Source of the DNA: the human T2T-CHM13v2.0 reference genome, Homo sapiens
Length of the DNA stretch: 64,000 nucleotides
Direction: 5' to 3' (one strand)
Assembly (NCBI RefSeq): GCF_009914755.1
Contig: NC_060941.1
Shown here: positions 40,901 to 54,069 of the stretch, piece after piece
Layout: each line of letters begins with the position of its first letter
How positions within the stretch are numbered: the stretch's first letter is position 1
The notes under the pieces: model-generated
The model's database searches: none
What the model was told of the DNA's origin: nothing
The model's input: the letters and a program-made list of their open reading frames with translations, nothing else
Translations under genes and position numbers: made by a program

Positions 40901-41800
40901 GATGAGGTACTGGTGTAGCCACAGGTGGGAGGCTGGAATGGAGGCTGAGGGCCTGTGAGAAGGGGGCGTGGGACGGGCATCTATGTCCACATGAGGTTGC
41001 CCAGGCCACCAGCAGGCCAAAGGATGGAGGGAAGTTCTTCCGAGCCCCCTCCATGAATTCAGGTCTTTAAGGCAGGGGTGGAGGGGCAGGGGGGCACACA
41101 CAGAGGCAGGCTGGGCACTCTGTGGGCTTTCTGCCCCATTCTGCAGCATCCTCTCCATTTAGGGAAGCCATCCTAAGGTCTGAGGTGCTTTCAGAATCAG
41201 GCTGGATGCCTGAGGCCCGAGCACAGTAAAGGAGGGGTCCTCTGCTCTGGGAGCCCTGTGACTGTCTAAGGGGCTGCCTCTGGGGCTCAAGGTGATAGCC
41301 CAGACGGGCAGGGACACCCCTTCCGCAGCCACAAGTTCACCAACCAGGGCCGGCAAATGGCCCGGCAGCCTATGTTCACCTGGCACCACGGAGGTCTCAC
41401 CATATCCACCTTCCTTCTAGGAGGAATGTTCGCCCAGCCCTGGACAGCTTCCTGCTTCAGGAACCAATCCCTGACATGGGGGCCCAGGTGCCATCGGTGG
41501 GGCTCCCAAAGCACTAATAATTCTCATGCACCCTCAGTGCGCCCAGGCCCTGCTCGCTCCTGGATGATTGTCTGGCTCACCAGCAAGCAGACACCCCCAG
41601 CTCAGGCCTCCAAGGAGGGGGTGGCTCTTCTCCAGCTCCTATGGTCTGGGCCCCAGGACACAGCTGGGTGCTTCCAAAACTGGGAGCCTGAGCAGGGCCA
41701 GATGAGCTGTCTCCAGGGAAGGGAAGGCAGATGAGTCTGGAAAGGGCAGCTGCTTGAGGGGCCTGGGCAGAGGGAGAGCGGTCTGGGGACCTGGACCTAC

Positions 41801-41910
41801 CCGCCTTTCATCCACCACGATGTAGTTACGCCCGTGTTTCTTGGTCAGGTGCGGGGCCAGGACATCAAAGCGGCGGCGGAACTCGGAAAACACCATGTGG
41901 TCAGGGTAAC
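41801..41910 (-). CDS. MYO18A: MYO18A coding exon, [37 protein letters not shown]
   Basis: AG/GT borders; 110 nt, phase 1/0; converter region. Confidence 0.96.
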
Positions 41911-42317
41911 CTAGAGAGAGCAGCCCAGAGCCAGGCCTGTCAACGCCACCTGCTCCCAGCACACCCCAGTAGCCACTGTGCCTGGGCAGTCAGTGGAGAG
42001 TCACCAAAAGGGAAGAAACTGCAGGGGGTGGGGAGCCTGTGGTTGAAGGCAGGCCTAGAAAGGAGAGGGGGTAGGCAGGGAAGAGGAAGAGAAGGCCAGG
42101 AGGACAATCAGGCCTGCTCCACAGGGGGATAGGAAGGCCCAAAAAAGGTACAGCCTCCTTCAGAGAGAAGTAAGCTCCTAGTAGTCAGTGAGATATGCAA
42201 ATGGGGGGTTGTGGGGTAGCTGACCAGCTGGGAGGAAGGCTACATCCCAATCCCCAAGATGCTTTCCAGCCCTCCAAGTCTATGCCTCAGTGATAACCCA
42301 GACAAAATAATGTCTTA

Positions 42318-42880
<563 letters not shown>

Positions 42881-43939
42881 ACACTCCTTTTCCCCCTCTG
42901 TCCACTAGAGCAGGACATGAGAAAGGCTGCCCTCCTTGCCTCACCCTGACCTTGAGTCCTAGGCCAGGTGACCAAAAAGACTTGTAGATTCTCTTTCCCT
43001 GAAGAGTGTCTGGGCTTCAGGTCAGGGGAGGTGTGACCTGACTTTTGGCTTGGAGCAAAGTGGGTCAGAGCAGTGGCTAGCAGGAAGTGACCCCAAGTCA
43101 CCCTGATCTTACCAGAGCCCAGGGTGGAGGGCCACGAACTCCACTCCCACAAAATCACAGAATTTCAAACCAGAAAGGGATCTTAAGCCAGATCCAACTC
43201 ATCTTTCAGACACAGAAACGGAGGCCTGGGAGGAGCGACTGTCTTGCTCAAGGTCACAAAGGCTGCTGCTGGGGGCAGAACTGGCTTCCAAACCTGGACT
43301 CCTGACAGCTAGCCAAGGGCATGCTCCACAGCAATGACGGGCTAGCTGGCTCTGGGAAACCCTCCAGCTGGGAGGTGAGGCTGATGCATGTGCCTGATAA
43401 TTGAAACAGGAGGTGGGGGCTGCTGAGGGGCCAAGACAAAGTGAGCTATTGATTGTATCTGAATTGCAATTAAATTGATGGGCCAGGATAGCAGGTCTGG
43501 ACGCCTGGCATCTTAATTAATCATCAGTGCTATAGTCGGTGGCTGGGGGCCGGGTGAGGGAAGGGGGGCCTGCCGCTGCTGGCCTCATCGATCTGCTTGT
43601 TTGAGTAACGCACATTGATTTTGGTTCAGAGCGGTAACAATCTGGTTTTGAAATAATAAACACCAACTCCATATCAAGACGTGGGGACAGATCGATGATT
43701 TATTTAGAGCAGGGCAGGGAGCCTGTTTCCTGGCTTGGGCTGCTAAGGAAGTTTTAGTGCCCATGGGAATGCCTGAAGGGGACCTGGCTGTGGGTGGGTG
43801 GGACCCTACCTGCTCTTCTAGTGAAGGAGAAAAACAGCAGAAACCCAGCAACTCATAACTTCTCAGGCAAAAAACAAAAAAAAAACAAAAAAAACCCACC
43901 CTACTTGAGAGACATGAGACATGACTCTACAGCCAGCCT

Positions 43940-44033
43940 GCCTGGTCAAATCCCACTCTGCCACTCAGGAGCTGTGTGACCTTGGGCAAGCTACTTAACC
44001 TCTCTGAGCCTCAGTCTCCTCATCTGGAATGAT
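43940..44033 (+). mobile_element. MIR core
   Basis: gctgtgtgaccttgggcaagctacttaacctctctgagcctcagtctcctcatctg. Confidence 0.8.
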
Positions 44034-44576
44034 ACCAGTGTGCTATCCCGGCCCCCAGCCACCGATAACAGCTTCTAAGGACTCTAAGTAACCACTAATA
44101 CTATCATCCTGTCTGTCGCCTCCTTTAGATGGGTCCATAAAAAAGGGTCTGTCTGACCTTTCTTGGGAATTTTAAGTACTTCAGAAAGATTTAGCACCTC
44201 ATTTCTCACTGGGCAGATGGCTCCGAAAGGGCACTGGGTTTGCTGCTGTGGGCAAAGCTGAACTGTCCAAACTAGGGACGTGGGAAGAAAGGGAGCTGTG
44301 GACAAATGACAAGGTGCAGGGTGGAGCTAGGAAGGGAGGGGGACAAAGAGAACTGAATATGGAAGGGAGAGGAGGAGGCGGGGACTCTGCAGGATGGAAG
44401 GAAATGGACAAAGGGGCTGTGGGCTGGGAGAGATGAGGAGAGACCAGAGCAGAAAGGATCGTGAGGAAAGACAGGAGCAGCCCCACTGCAGCCCACGGGT
44501 CGCAGGTGGGAGGTGGGGCCGGGCAGGGCCAGCTCTGGAAAAGAGAGCCCAGAGTGGAGAGGAAAGGAGGCCCCAC

Positions 44577-44820
44577 CTTGGCGGTACATGCGCATGGCAT
44601 CGAGCAGGCGGGAGCCGCGGAGCTGGGTGCGGAGCAGGGGCACGTCGAGCTGCAGGAGCCCAGCCTCGCAGTGGTCTCCCGAGGGCAGGTCCAGCTCACT
44701 GCTGCTGCTGACTCGGCGGGAGGAGGCGGAACGGGGCTCCCCAGCCCAGCCCTCAGCTACAGGCAGGAAGCAGTGCACAAAATGCAGCTTTGACTTCTTG
44801 ATGGTGTCGATGAGGGCGTC
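44577..44820 (-). CDS. MYO18A: MYO18A coding exon, [20 protein letters not shown]...[10 protein letters not shown]
   Basis: AG/GT borders; 244 nt, phase 0/1. Confidence 0.96.
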
Positions 44821-45154
44821 CTGCCGAGGGGAAGGGACTGCCCTCAGTGGGCTCTGATGGCCTGTGCTCAGAAGAGCAGGGACTGGTGCCAGCGTCTCCA
44901 CTGCTCACGGGGTAGCAGCGGCCCCAGCACCAGCCAGGACATGCTAAACCTGGACAACTCTGCCCTCGCCGGGCCTCGGTGGCCACTCACAGGTGGCAGC
45001 ACTGAAAAGAAGACCCCCACCTGCAGCCATTGAGTCACAGTGGGACGCTGAGTGGGCACCAGATGGCCTCAGTGTGCTCGGAGTCCCCAGGCCTGCCTAC
45101 CAGGGGTAAGGAAGGGTCCCCAGGCCTGCCTGCTGGGACCCGGCTGGCACTCAC

Positions 45155-45341
45155 CACCTGTAGCTTCATCTGGATGCACAGTGACTTCTTTTTGACAGCC
45201 GCCATGCCTGTGGTAAAGGTTTTCCGCATGCTGGTGGCCCGGCGCAGTGCCAGCTGCGAGCCGCCCTCCAGGCCCGCGATGGAGCCAGAGAGCACCGTGG
45301 CACTGCCTGCGCGGCCCAGAAACAGGTTGCTGATGATTTTT
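45155..45341 (-). CDS. MYO18A: MYO18A coding exon, [19 protein letters not shown]...CIQMKLQV
   Basis: AG/GT borders; 187 nt, phase 2/0. Confidence 0.95.
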
Positions 45342-46142
45342 CTGCCAGAGGTGGGAGGATAAGGGAGGAAAAGCAGTCACATCGATGGAGCGGGAAAGGC
45401 CGCTCCTCCCGCAAGGCCCCAGAACACTAAACAGTCCCATTCAGCCACGTCCAGGGGCCTGGCTACCTGAACTGCATGCCCCACACCCTACAGAGAAACA
45501 AACTGTGGAGAAATTTTCAAACAGTAAGGAGAGAAAGCCAGAGGTGGGCAGAAGCCAAGGGGTGGACAGGAATCGGACAGAGGGGATCAATCTACTCATC
45601 TACTTCCCCTCACCAGGGAGGGCAAAGGTGTGGAAGAGTTTCCAATGTGACAGGAGGGGTTAGGGTTCAACATCTTCTAACATACGATATAATTTATTTA
45701 TTATGTTTATTGTTCATTATCTGTCTCTCCCATTAGAATGTAAATTCCACAAGGGCAGGGAGTTCAGTTTTGTTTACTATTATCTGCCAAGCACCTAGAA
45801 GCCCCTGTCGCAGGGTAGGTGCCCACTAACCATCTTCTGAAGAGTAGAACGGATGACAGGGCCCGTGGGGCTGGGGGTTCTAAGGCCGCTCCTGCCTTCT
45901 TTGACTTGAGGGTGTTCTTCACATTTAAACCATAGGCTCTCCCACCATGTCTGCCTCCCACCTCTACTTCAAGAGGCCCCTCAAGCTCCTCAAGGCCAAG
46001 TGCCCTGGGCTGTTGCCTCTCAGGAATAAAGGCCATCTACTTTGCTAGTGAGGGGGCCTCTGAGACAACCCCAGGGGGAGGGAGCCCCAAAATCAAAACA
46101 GTCCTGGGTACAGAACAGGGGCGGAGGGAGTGGTGGTCTTAC

Positions 46143-46302
46143 TTCTGGGAGTCCTGCAGGAGCCGGGGGACATTCTGGGTGGCTGGGTTCTGCTTGGTGT
46201 AGTTCAGCCAGCCAGTCACATTGTACTCTACCCAGTTGGTGCCATGGCTGTGGCCCAGGAGAAAGTGGTGTGGTTTGCTGCTGTGCAGAAGGGGGCTTTG
46301 GC
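46143..46302 (-). CDS. MYO18A: MYO18A coding exon, [32 protein letters not shown]...
   Basis: AG/GT borders; 160 nt, phase 1/2. Confidence 0.95.
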
Positions 46303-46440
46303 CTGATGGTGGGAGAAGCAAGATTTAGGTCGTCAGGGTACAGGCACAAAGTGACCCCCGCCCCCTCCCAGGGAGTGCCACCTGGACCCACCTGTATGTA
46401 AGAGGAAGCAGAGGAGCTACCCTCTAGGGATGCCACCTAC

Positions 46441-46582
46441 CTTTTTTGTCACCTTCCTGGGGGCCATAATAGGAGAAAAGGCGCTCCAGGAGGGTGTCCT
46501 CACTGGCCCCTGGCACCAGAGCCTCCTCTTCCAATAGCCAGAGCAGGCCCCTCGCCTCGTCTGTGCGGGCCAGCGAGCGGAC
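46441..46582 (-). CDS. MYO18A: MYO18A coding exon, [47 protein letters not shown]
   Basis: AG/GT borders; 142 nt, phase 0/1. Confidence 0.95.
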
Positions 46583-48729
46583 CTACAGAGAAGGAAGGAA
46601 ATCCCTCCTTGTCATATGGAGCTGTGGGAAAGGGGCCAGGGTGGTGCCGGGCCCAAACACACCCTACAGAATGCTACACATGTGCACACATGCACACACG
46701 CACATGCCGCAGCTCCTGCCGCTCACTGCTGACACCTTGTGGAGGAAGCGGGCAGCCCGGGGAAAGGGGAGCCAAGAAAGTGAGCAGAGGGAAGCCCACA
46801 GCAAAAGAGGGTGCTTAGCACTCCAGTCCAAAGTCACCAAAGACTGCAGCCTTCCTGCTGGCCCGAGCCCGCGCCCCGAGGCCCTCCTCCACCCTCGTCC
46901 CCTCGGAGGTCACCAGGGACTTGGATGAACCCCACATTGCTCTCACTCCCTGGCAGTGGCATAAAGTCTGGAAGGCCCTGAGCACAAGAGTTGGCCCTAA
47001 GGAAGCTGTCAGTAAGTGACAGCTGTGAGGTTAATCCTGGTCTCTGAAAGGAGAGAACCCAGAGGGGGCTCAGATGGCTGCCAGTGGGATCACTGCAGGG
47101 TCACTCAAGGGCCAAAAGCATAAGACAGGTGACTTAACGGACGTGGCAGCCAAAACGGGTAGAGGCTGGGGCAAGCTAGAGAGCAGGTATCCCTATCCAA
47201 AGGGAAAAACCACCACTGAGCTGCAGCCAGCTGCTCTCCTGGAAGAACACTGGCCTAGCATTGATAAACCCTCTGGTTCTTCAAGAGAAGGTAGAAATAT
47301 CTAATTCTAATTTCCAATATCCCATGAAGGCCAAACAAACTAGGCCTGTGGCCACATCTGGCCTGAAGGTGCCTTTTCTGTGGAGTTCCTGCATCTTTCT
47401 TGGGCAGGAAGGATGGAACCTTCCCCACACCCTATTCTGGCCTGGCCTTCAGGGGCTGGAGGAAAAAAGAAGTGAGAAAAGGGCCATTTTTCCTCTCTTT
47501 GACCCCAGCTGCCTGCATCTCCTCCCCGCAGATGCCCAAGGGAGTTGGCGTGATTACCAGAAGGAAGCAGAATGTGGCCAAAGGCCAAGGCAACTCTAGT
47601 GGCAGGAACCGAGTAGCAGGAACGAGCAATGAAGCAATGAGATGGGAAGACAGGCTTGGCACCGAGGGCCCCTTCCCCAGGGGTGCAGCCGCCCCATGCC
47701 AAGGTCCATTAGTCAGGAGAGACCACAGAAGAGAAAGGAGAGCCAAGCTCTTCCCACATGCTGTCTGACTCCTGCTGCTCATGCTGACATCCCCCCTCTC
47801 CCGGGAACCACAACGGTTCTGAGTGAGGCCACCATAGGAGCCCAGGTGTCAGGAAAAGAAAATTCACTTCCCTGGGGAGATGCGGTGCTTGGGCACTTTA
47901 AACATCTGTCCCCGGGGGGATACTCACTCTTTCGCAGCCCCACCACTTGTGCAAGCCAAGCAGGGCCTCATGGCAGAGAAGAGGGAGGGAGAGGTAGGGA
48001 TCAAAGCAGAGCAGGGAGGTCGGCAGCCTCGCAAAAATGCCAGTTCTCCAATAAAGCACCTTATGCAATTTCCCTAATGGCGGACAATCGCCAAATGCCA
48101 AGAGTTTGCTAGGCCAGCCAGTCCCCCACCGAGTGCCAAGGTGCCCAGGACACTAGCACAAAGGGTGACAAAGCCTGCCCCCAAAGTTGAGGGGTGAGGG
48201 TTCATATCCATGACAGTCCCCCAGAGGGCGTCTGACAGCTTAGCACTGTTTCCCCTGGGAGCGGGAGGCTGGCTCCTGGCCCTGTTCTGTTAGGTTGCAC
48301 CAGTCCTCTACTTGGGGACAATGGGAGGGAATGACTATGTCCTTGGGGTCTAGGCCCTCACCAGCTGGGACTGGTCACCAGGGCTCCTAGCAGACATACT
48401 GGAGGCTCAGCCAGTCACCAGCTGGGGCCCGAGCCTCAGCTGCTGAGAAAGGAGATATGCTTTCCTGCCTGACTGGGACCCCCATGGGCTGTGGCTCCCC
48501 AGGGCACCAGGGCAGAAGAAAGTGCCACCTTCCTGGCCAAGACTGCCTGAGTGCTGAGGGGCAGAGCCCCAGCACCAGAGAGTAGTTGGTGTCTGGGCAT
48601 AGCTGCTGGACCCTCCCTCAGCCCACAGTGGCACCCCCAGCAGCAGCTCAGATGGGGAGGGCTCCACCACGGGGAGAGGGGTGGGGAACGAGAGGAAAGG
48701 CTTGCCCAAACCCTCTCTGGAGCTCCTAC

Positions 48730-48816
48730 CAGGGACTGATGGGAGGCCTGGTCCACAGCAGCCACAGAGTCATCCGTGGGGGGTTCCAAGTCGTCAAACG
48801 CCAGCTCGATGTTCTC
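48730..48816 (-). CDS. MYO18A: MYO18A coding exon, [29 protein letters not shown]
   Basis: AG/GT borders; 87 nt, phase 0/0. Confidence 0.93.
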
Positions 48817-49625
48817 CTGGGAAAGAAGGCCGAGCGGTAGTGAGCATGGGGGTCACATTGTGGGGAACAGCCTTGTGAGTAGGCTGGGAAGGGGCTCTGA
48901 GATCAGCAAGGCCAACCTCCTTCTGTGCCGTGCAGGAGCTCCCTCCATCATCCCAAATGAAACAGCTCCCAAGGAAACACACTGTATTTTTTGCACAGCT
49001 AAAATTCTCAGAACCTCTTTTTATCCGAAGCCAGAGTCACATTCTCATTACTCACATGAGTTGATTAGGCAACACAGAACAAGCCCACTCTCAATTTCAC
49101 ACAATCATCCTTGAAACACTTGAAGACAACTGCCATTTTCCTTCTGAATCCTCTCTCGCCCCAAATAAATATCCTGACAATTCACTCAACTCACTTCCAG
49201 ATGAGGCAGGATTTCCAGTTCTCGTCCCATCCGGGACACCCTTTTACAGAAGGCACTAAATCATCACCTGGCACCCTCACAGATCAGGGAAGGGAGACGG
49301 GAAGGCCAGGCCCAGACACACTTGGAGCAGGAACCACACAGTGGCAATCACCAGGCCTGGGAGGTGCCTCAAAAGAGGCCAAGGGTAGCCTCCTGGGGGC
49401 CCTCAATGCACCTGTAGGCTTCCTGGAGAGTAAACTCTCCACCAAGTAAGAACGTAGCCAAAGCCAGAGGCCACGGACAAGGGGGCAAGGAACGACTCCT
49501 GCTCCAGAGAGCGCAGGAGGACAGAAATGGAGAGTAAGGTGATGCCTTCTGCATCCACAGATGCCCTCGCTGTGGGTGCCAAGGCCAGAATCTGAGGCTA
49601 GATGAGGCCCAGGCCCCAGAGCTAC

Positions 49626-49818
49626 CTCCTTGTATCTTTCCAACTCCTGCACGAAGGTGCGCTCGTGGAAGAGCCTCTGCAGCCGGTCTTGGGTGTAGTT
49701 GTGGCACAGCTCCTCAAAGGAGGCTCCGCGGGCTGACCCACCCTGCTCAGGGTTCTGGAAGCCCGGGGTGTCGACAATCATCATGGAGCAGAGTGAGTGC
49801 TGGCTGGACTTGAGAGCC
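49626..49818 (-). CDS. MYO18A: MYO18A coding exon with switch II (DTPGFQ) and relay helix
   Basis: AG/GT borders; 193 nt; [10 protein letters not shown]...[14 protein letters not shown]. Confidence 0.97.
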
Positions 49819-50069
49819 CTGGATAGGGACAGCCTGGGTCAGAGCCTCGCTGGTTGGCCCCGGGCACCAGGAAGCCCCACCCTGCCCAAGCCAGACCTCT
49901 ATCCCTGCCCAGGACCCTGGTGGGGAGGGCATGCTGGCCTTGCTCATAGCCCATGGGACAGGGAGCCCCTGCTGGAAGAGACCGGCTCTGCCTCGGCCAA
50001 CAAGGCATGAAGGCATCTACTCCACCTCTGCCAAAGCAGGAAAAGCCCTGGGTCCTGCCTGGCACTCAC

Positions 50070-50160
50070 CTATTCACCAGGGAGACGAGAAGGGTGAAGA
50101 GCTCGCTGTAGAGGCCGGCCGCCATGCCCTCAAGGCACTCCAGTGCACTCAGTTTCGGGC
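50070..50160 (-). CDS. MYO18A: MYO18A coding exon, [29 protein letters not shown]
   Basis: AG/GT borders; 91 nt, phase 1/2. Confidence 0.95.
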
Positions 50161-50382
50161 CTGTGGGGCAGGGGGAGCAGCGCTATCTCCTTCTCCCCAG
50201 GGCTCCCCATCTGGGTAAGCCCCTGACCTGCCCAGGGCCCAGTCAGCACGGGGCCTGGGGCGGGGCCTCTGCCACTGACAGAGCATCTGTTCACTCCAGC
50301 AGTCCCCTCCCGCCCCAGGGATGGCAGCAAGCCCCAGATGAGGCCTCACACTCACAACTACCAGCCAAGGGACAAAGGGTAC

Positions 50383-50559
50383 CTGTCCCATCTCCCAGGC
50401 CACTCTCCTCGGGGCCCTGGCGGAAGGAGGTGGAGCGCTGCAGGGTGCCACCCTTGTGCTGGTGCTTGAAGATGGCTGAGGACAGCTCCTCCAGGCTGCA
50501 GCCCAGTAGGTACGCAGCCTTCTGGGCCCACTCATGGCGGGCAAACTGCTTGCGCCCAG
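50383..50559 (-). CDS. MYO18A: MYO18A coding exon, [25 protein letters not shown]...GDGT
   Basis: AG/GT borders; 177 nt, phase 1/1. Confidence 0.95.
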
Positions 50560-51162
50560 CTGTGGAGTGGAAAAAGGGATCTGGCATCCTGGGTCTTTTT
50601 CCTTAGGCCAGCTGATGACCTGATGACCAGCTGATGACTATGCATCTTCTGGAGGCAAAAGCCAGCCCTGATGACACCCGATGGGCTTCAGGCAGAACAG
50701 GGGCAGCCAGCAGTGGCCAGCATTTCCTGTGTCCCGTGGGGATGGAGAGAATGAGCAGGTCCTAAAGGAGGAGGTAACTCCACATGCTGCCACCGGAGGG
50801 CAACAAACCAGCTGCAAAAATCCCTTTTCAGATGGCTCAGCTCCGGGGATGCCCAACTAGGGGAAGGGCGGAGTCAGAGGATGAACCAGCCCACCTGGGA
50901 TGGGCACAAGAACCCCGTGTGCCTGTGGGGGACTTATCTTGAGAGATCGCTCATGCCTCCACATTCCCTGAGTACATTAGAACCCTCCCTCTTGCCCCCT
51001 GGCATCTGCCAGTGGAGACCACAAACACCCACTGATGGCCCAACAGTGGGGAGGCAAAAAAGCCACAGGGGAAAGGGAACAGCCCGCACAGACATATGTG
51101 CCTCAGCCAACATGTGTCTAATCACGGCAATTAGGGAAAGCTAACAAGAAACAAGGTTTTAC

Positions 51163-51174
51163 CTTCAGCAGCTT
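51163..51174 (-). CDS. MYO18A: MYO18A 12-nt microexon giving ...ATKEAAEAGRK...
   Basis: ccttacag|AAGCTGCTGAAG|gtaaaa; phase 1/1; frame-preserving; upstream CTAAC and pyrimidine tract. Confidence 0.9.
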
Positions 51175-51329
51175 CTGTAAGGCAAAGGACCAGCATGCAG
51201 CATGCAAAGAAAAACAGTGTGTTAGCAAACAGTCATCAATAGAGCTCGCCGCCTCGGAGGGACCGTGGGGCGGGGGTGTTGTGAGGATGAGTAGGCAAGA
51301 AAACACAACCACAGTCAGACTTGGGACAA

Positions 51330-51331
<2 letters not shown>

Positions 51332-51360
<29 letters not shown>
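51332..51360. repeat. (CA)n microsatellite
   Basis: Direct reading. Confidence 0.9.
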
Positions 51361-51458
51361 GTCTCCAGGGAGTATGTTTGTGGGTGTAATCACACTGACA
51401 CACACAGAAAGAGACCCGCAAAGACATTTGTGCACGTGTGTGTGCGCAAACACACCCT

Positions 51459-51480
51459 CCCCCCCCCCCCCCCCCCCCCC
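51459..51480. repeat. C22 homopolymer (G22 in the pre-mRNA)
   Basis: Direct reading. Confidence 0.9.
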
Positions 51481-52045
51481 GCCGGAAAACACTGGAAGCT
51501 CTGAGGCGCTAACAGACATTGTTTGAGAAGATCGCTGTGCTGACACCCGGAGCTTTCCGCTTGCAGTTGGGGCTGGGTAGGTTAGAGGAAAGCTAGGCTT
51601 GTCACCGCCTCAGAGTGAAGTAACTTCCCTCAACACACAGCCACACGCCTGCCCGCCTGTCTGTCCTCCACATTCTCGAGAAAACTTCTCTAACCTAGAG
51701 CCTGGCTCCTCCTGGGCAGGGATGCCACTTCTTGGGGTCGCTCGCACGGAGCCTCACGCCTGGGCACCCATTCCTCCATACACCCACCACCTGCCAGGAC
51801 TTTCTCACTCCAGCTGAGCAGCCTGGGGCCCTTCACATCCCAGAAGGGGCCAAAGCCAAAGCCCAAGGTGCTGTTCAGCGCCAGCATCCCCTTTCCCTAA
51901 ACTGGAGAAAAAGGGGGTGAAGAGGTGCTCGAATCGCCATCCTCCAACGTAAGTCATCTTGAAGGATGGAGCAGAGCTCCTCCAAGCCAGGCCAAGTCCC
52001 CGAGCGCAAGTGCCAAAGCTGCAGCCCATTCGTTACCACGGTGCC

Positions 52046-52064
52046 TGCTGCCCCCTAGTGGCCG
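52046..52064 (-). promoter_or_regulatory. CTCF consensus site
   Basis: Minus strand CGGCCACTAGGGGGCAGCA, close to the CTCF core CCAC/GYAGRKGGCRS. Confidence 0.7.
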
Positions 52065-52779
52065 CCACCCTGACATGCAAGAGGAAGATACGGAGCTACC
52101 CAACCAGTGGAGAAGGGAAGAGGACTGGGGAAAACTGGTCTGGGGAGGCCCCAGGTAGCAAGCCCACCCTACCCCACCCCACGGTGGGCATCCTGAGAGG
52201 TTCCAGGATTCAGATCTAAAACTGGCAGGAGAAGCAGCTACTCCTGGGACTCTAAGACACCCCACAGCCTGCAGGCTCCACTTCCACTCTCAACCTCCAG
52301 GCTTCTCCCCAGACCAGTCCTCTCTGCAGCAACAGAACAAGCCCAGCCCCTAGAAAGTCCTGGGCAAGCACCAAGACAGGGCACGGCGGCCCCTATACCC
52401 AAGGGCGGGGCCAAGGTCAGTTACCCGCTTGCTCCTCGGGGGCCTCTGTCAGGAAGGGAACAAGAAGGAGAGTTATTCCAGCGGGGCTGCCCTGCCTTAG
52501 TGCCCTTCTCATCCCTCAGCCTCTGAACCCCCAGCCCTCCATGCTTCCTCATGGTGCCCCCCAGCACAGCCAGCTAAGTCCAGGCCTCGGGTCGTCACTG
52601 CCAAAGATGCTTCCCGGGCCTTCTGCTCTGAAGTGGGGGGCTGAGAAGAGGCACAAGCAAAAGAGGGTTGTCTCAGAACGGCTAAGTCTGTGCTGGGCAA
52701 GAATAAACTGGGAGTGGGCAGGGTCCCTGTGAGGTCACCCAGGGGACAGGCCAGCCTACTGGGACCCACTGCAGGTTAC

Positions 52780-52924
52780 CTTTGGTGGCTCCCGCAGCCC
52801 CCAGGTGGTAGATGGCAGCCAGAATGAACCAGCAGGCCTTCTGTTCATCGGGGGAGATGCCCAGCACCTTCATGGCCGCCTGCAGCTTACTAAACTGCTG
52901 AGCTGCCTTCTGCTTTTCCTCAGG
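52780..52924 (-). CDS. MYO18A: MYO18A coding exon, [48 protein letters not shown]
   Basis: AG/GT borders; 145 nt, phase 0/1. Confidence 0.96.
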
Positions 52925-53111
52925 CTGTGGAGATAGATGACCTCAAAGGGCTGTCCCTCCCAGCACACCCCCATGAGGCTGGGCCCTCAGGGCAAGGCTT
53001 GGGTAGAGCCAGCAGCTGGAGCTGGGCTCCCACTATTCCCACAGGACCCATGGAGGCTTCTCCTACCCCCAAGGCCCAGGGCTGGCAACCCAGACCCCAC
53101 AGACCCCTCAC

Positions 53112-53175
53112 CTTGGCCAGTGGCACAATCCCAAACACATTGTTCTCTGCCAAGTGGTTGAGGTGGAGCTCTGTC
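53112..53175 (-). CDS. MYO18A: MYO18A coding exon, [21 protein letters not shown]
   Basis: AG/GT borders; 64 nt, phase 2/0. Confidence 0.93.
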
Positions 53176-54069
53176 CTAGGGGTACAAATAAGGCATCAGC
53201 ACGGCACTTGGTCCCCATGCCAAGGCCATTTCCGCCCAGGGTGGAGACAGACAGACTCAGCTTCCAGACTCCAAGTTTTGTCTGCCCATCATCCCATCAT
53301 CCCCAACTGGCGGGCCAGCTGTCACTGCTTTCCTAACTGGCCTGGATGCCTGGTTAGAGTACCATTCTCCTGAGGACAAGCCACCAGACATGCCCTGGTG
53401 AGAGGATGCAACCTGGCCCCCGGAAGGGAGCAGGGAACCTGCCCGAAGGGTGAGTCCCGCCAAGGCAGAGACGATGCCCTCAGTTACAAGAAGGGCTAAA
53501 GAGGACAATGGCCTGGGGATGCTGGCTCAGCCTCATCATTTATCTCTTTTTAGTGAACACACGCGGCAAATCTGAATGTCTGAAGGGAAGAGCGTGGCAG
53601 AGGCAGCCAACGTGGGGCAGGAAGGGCTAGTCTGGAGGGCACTGGAAGAGGCATGGGCTTTTGGCCCCAGTGTGGATTCAAATACCAGTTCAGCCCCCTA
53701 CCAGTCATGCGACAGTAGGCAAGTCCCCAACCACTGGTACCTCAGTGTGCTTTGCTTTCCAGAACTGGCTTCATGGGTAATGGAGATCCTAGCTAGGCCC
53801 TGGCAACACTGAAGGGCTGGCTGTTCCCCTCCAATACAGCCAGGCCCCAGTACCCAGGACCAGGGAGTTCTTGATAGGCAGGGACTATGTCTCATCCATC
53901 TCACTGTCCCTGGGGCCTAGCTCAGAGCCTAGCACATAGCAGACATGCACTGACCAAACAGTGCAGGATGCGATCAAGTGGCTTTAATTCTGGATGCAAT
54001 CAAGGTCCAGGAGCCCAGTCAGTGGGCTGGAGTTCAGAGAACCCTTGTGTACCCTCTGACCCATCTCAC

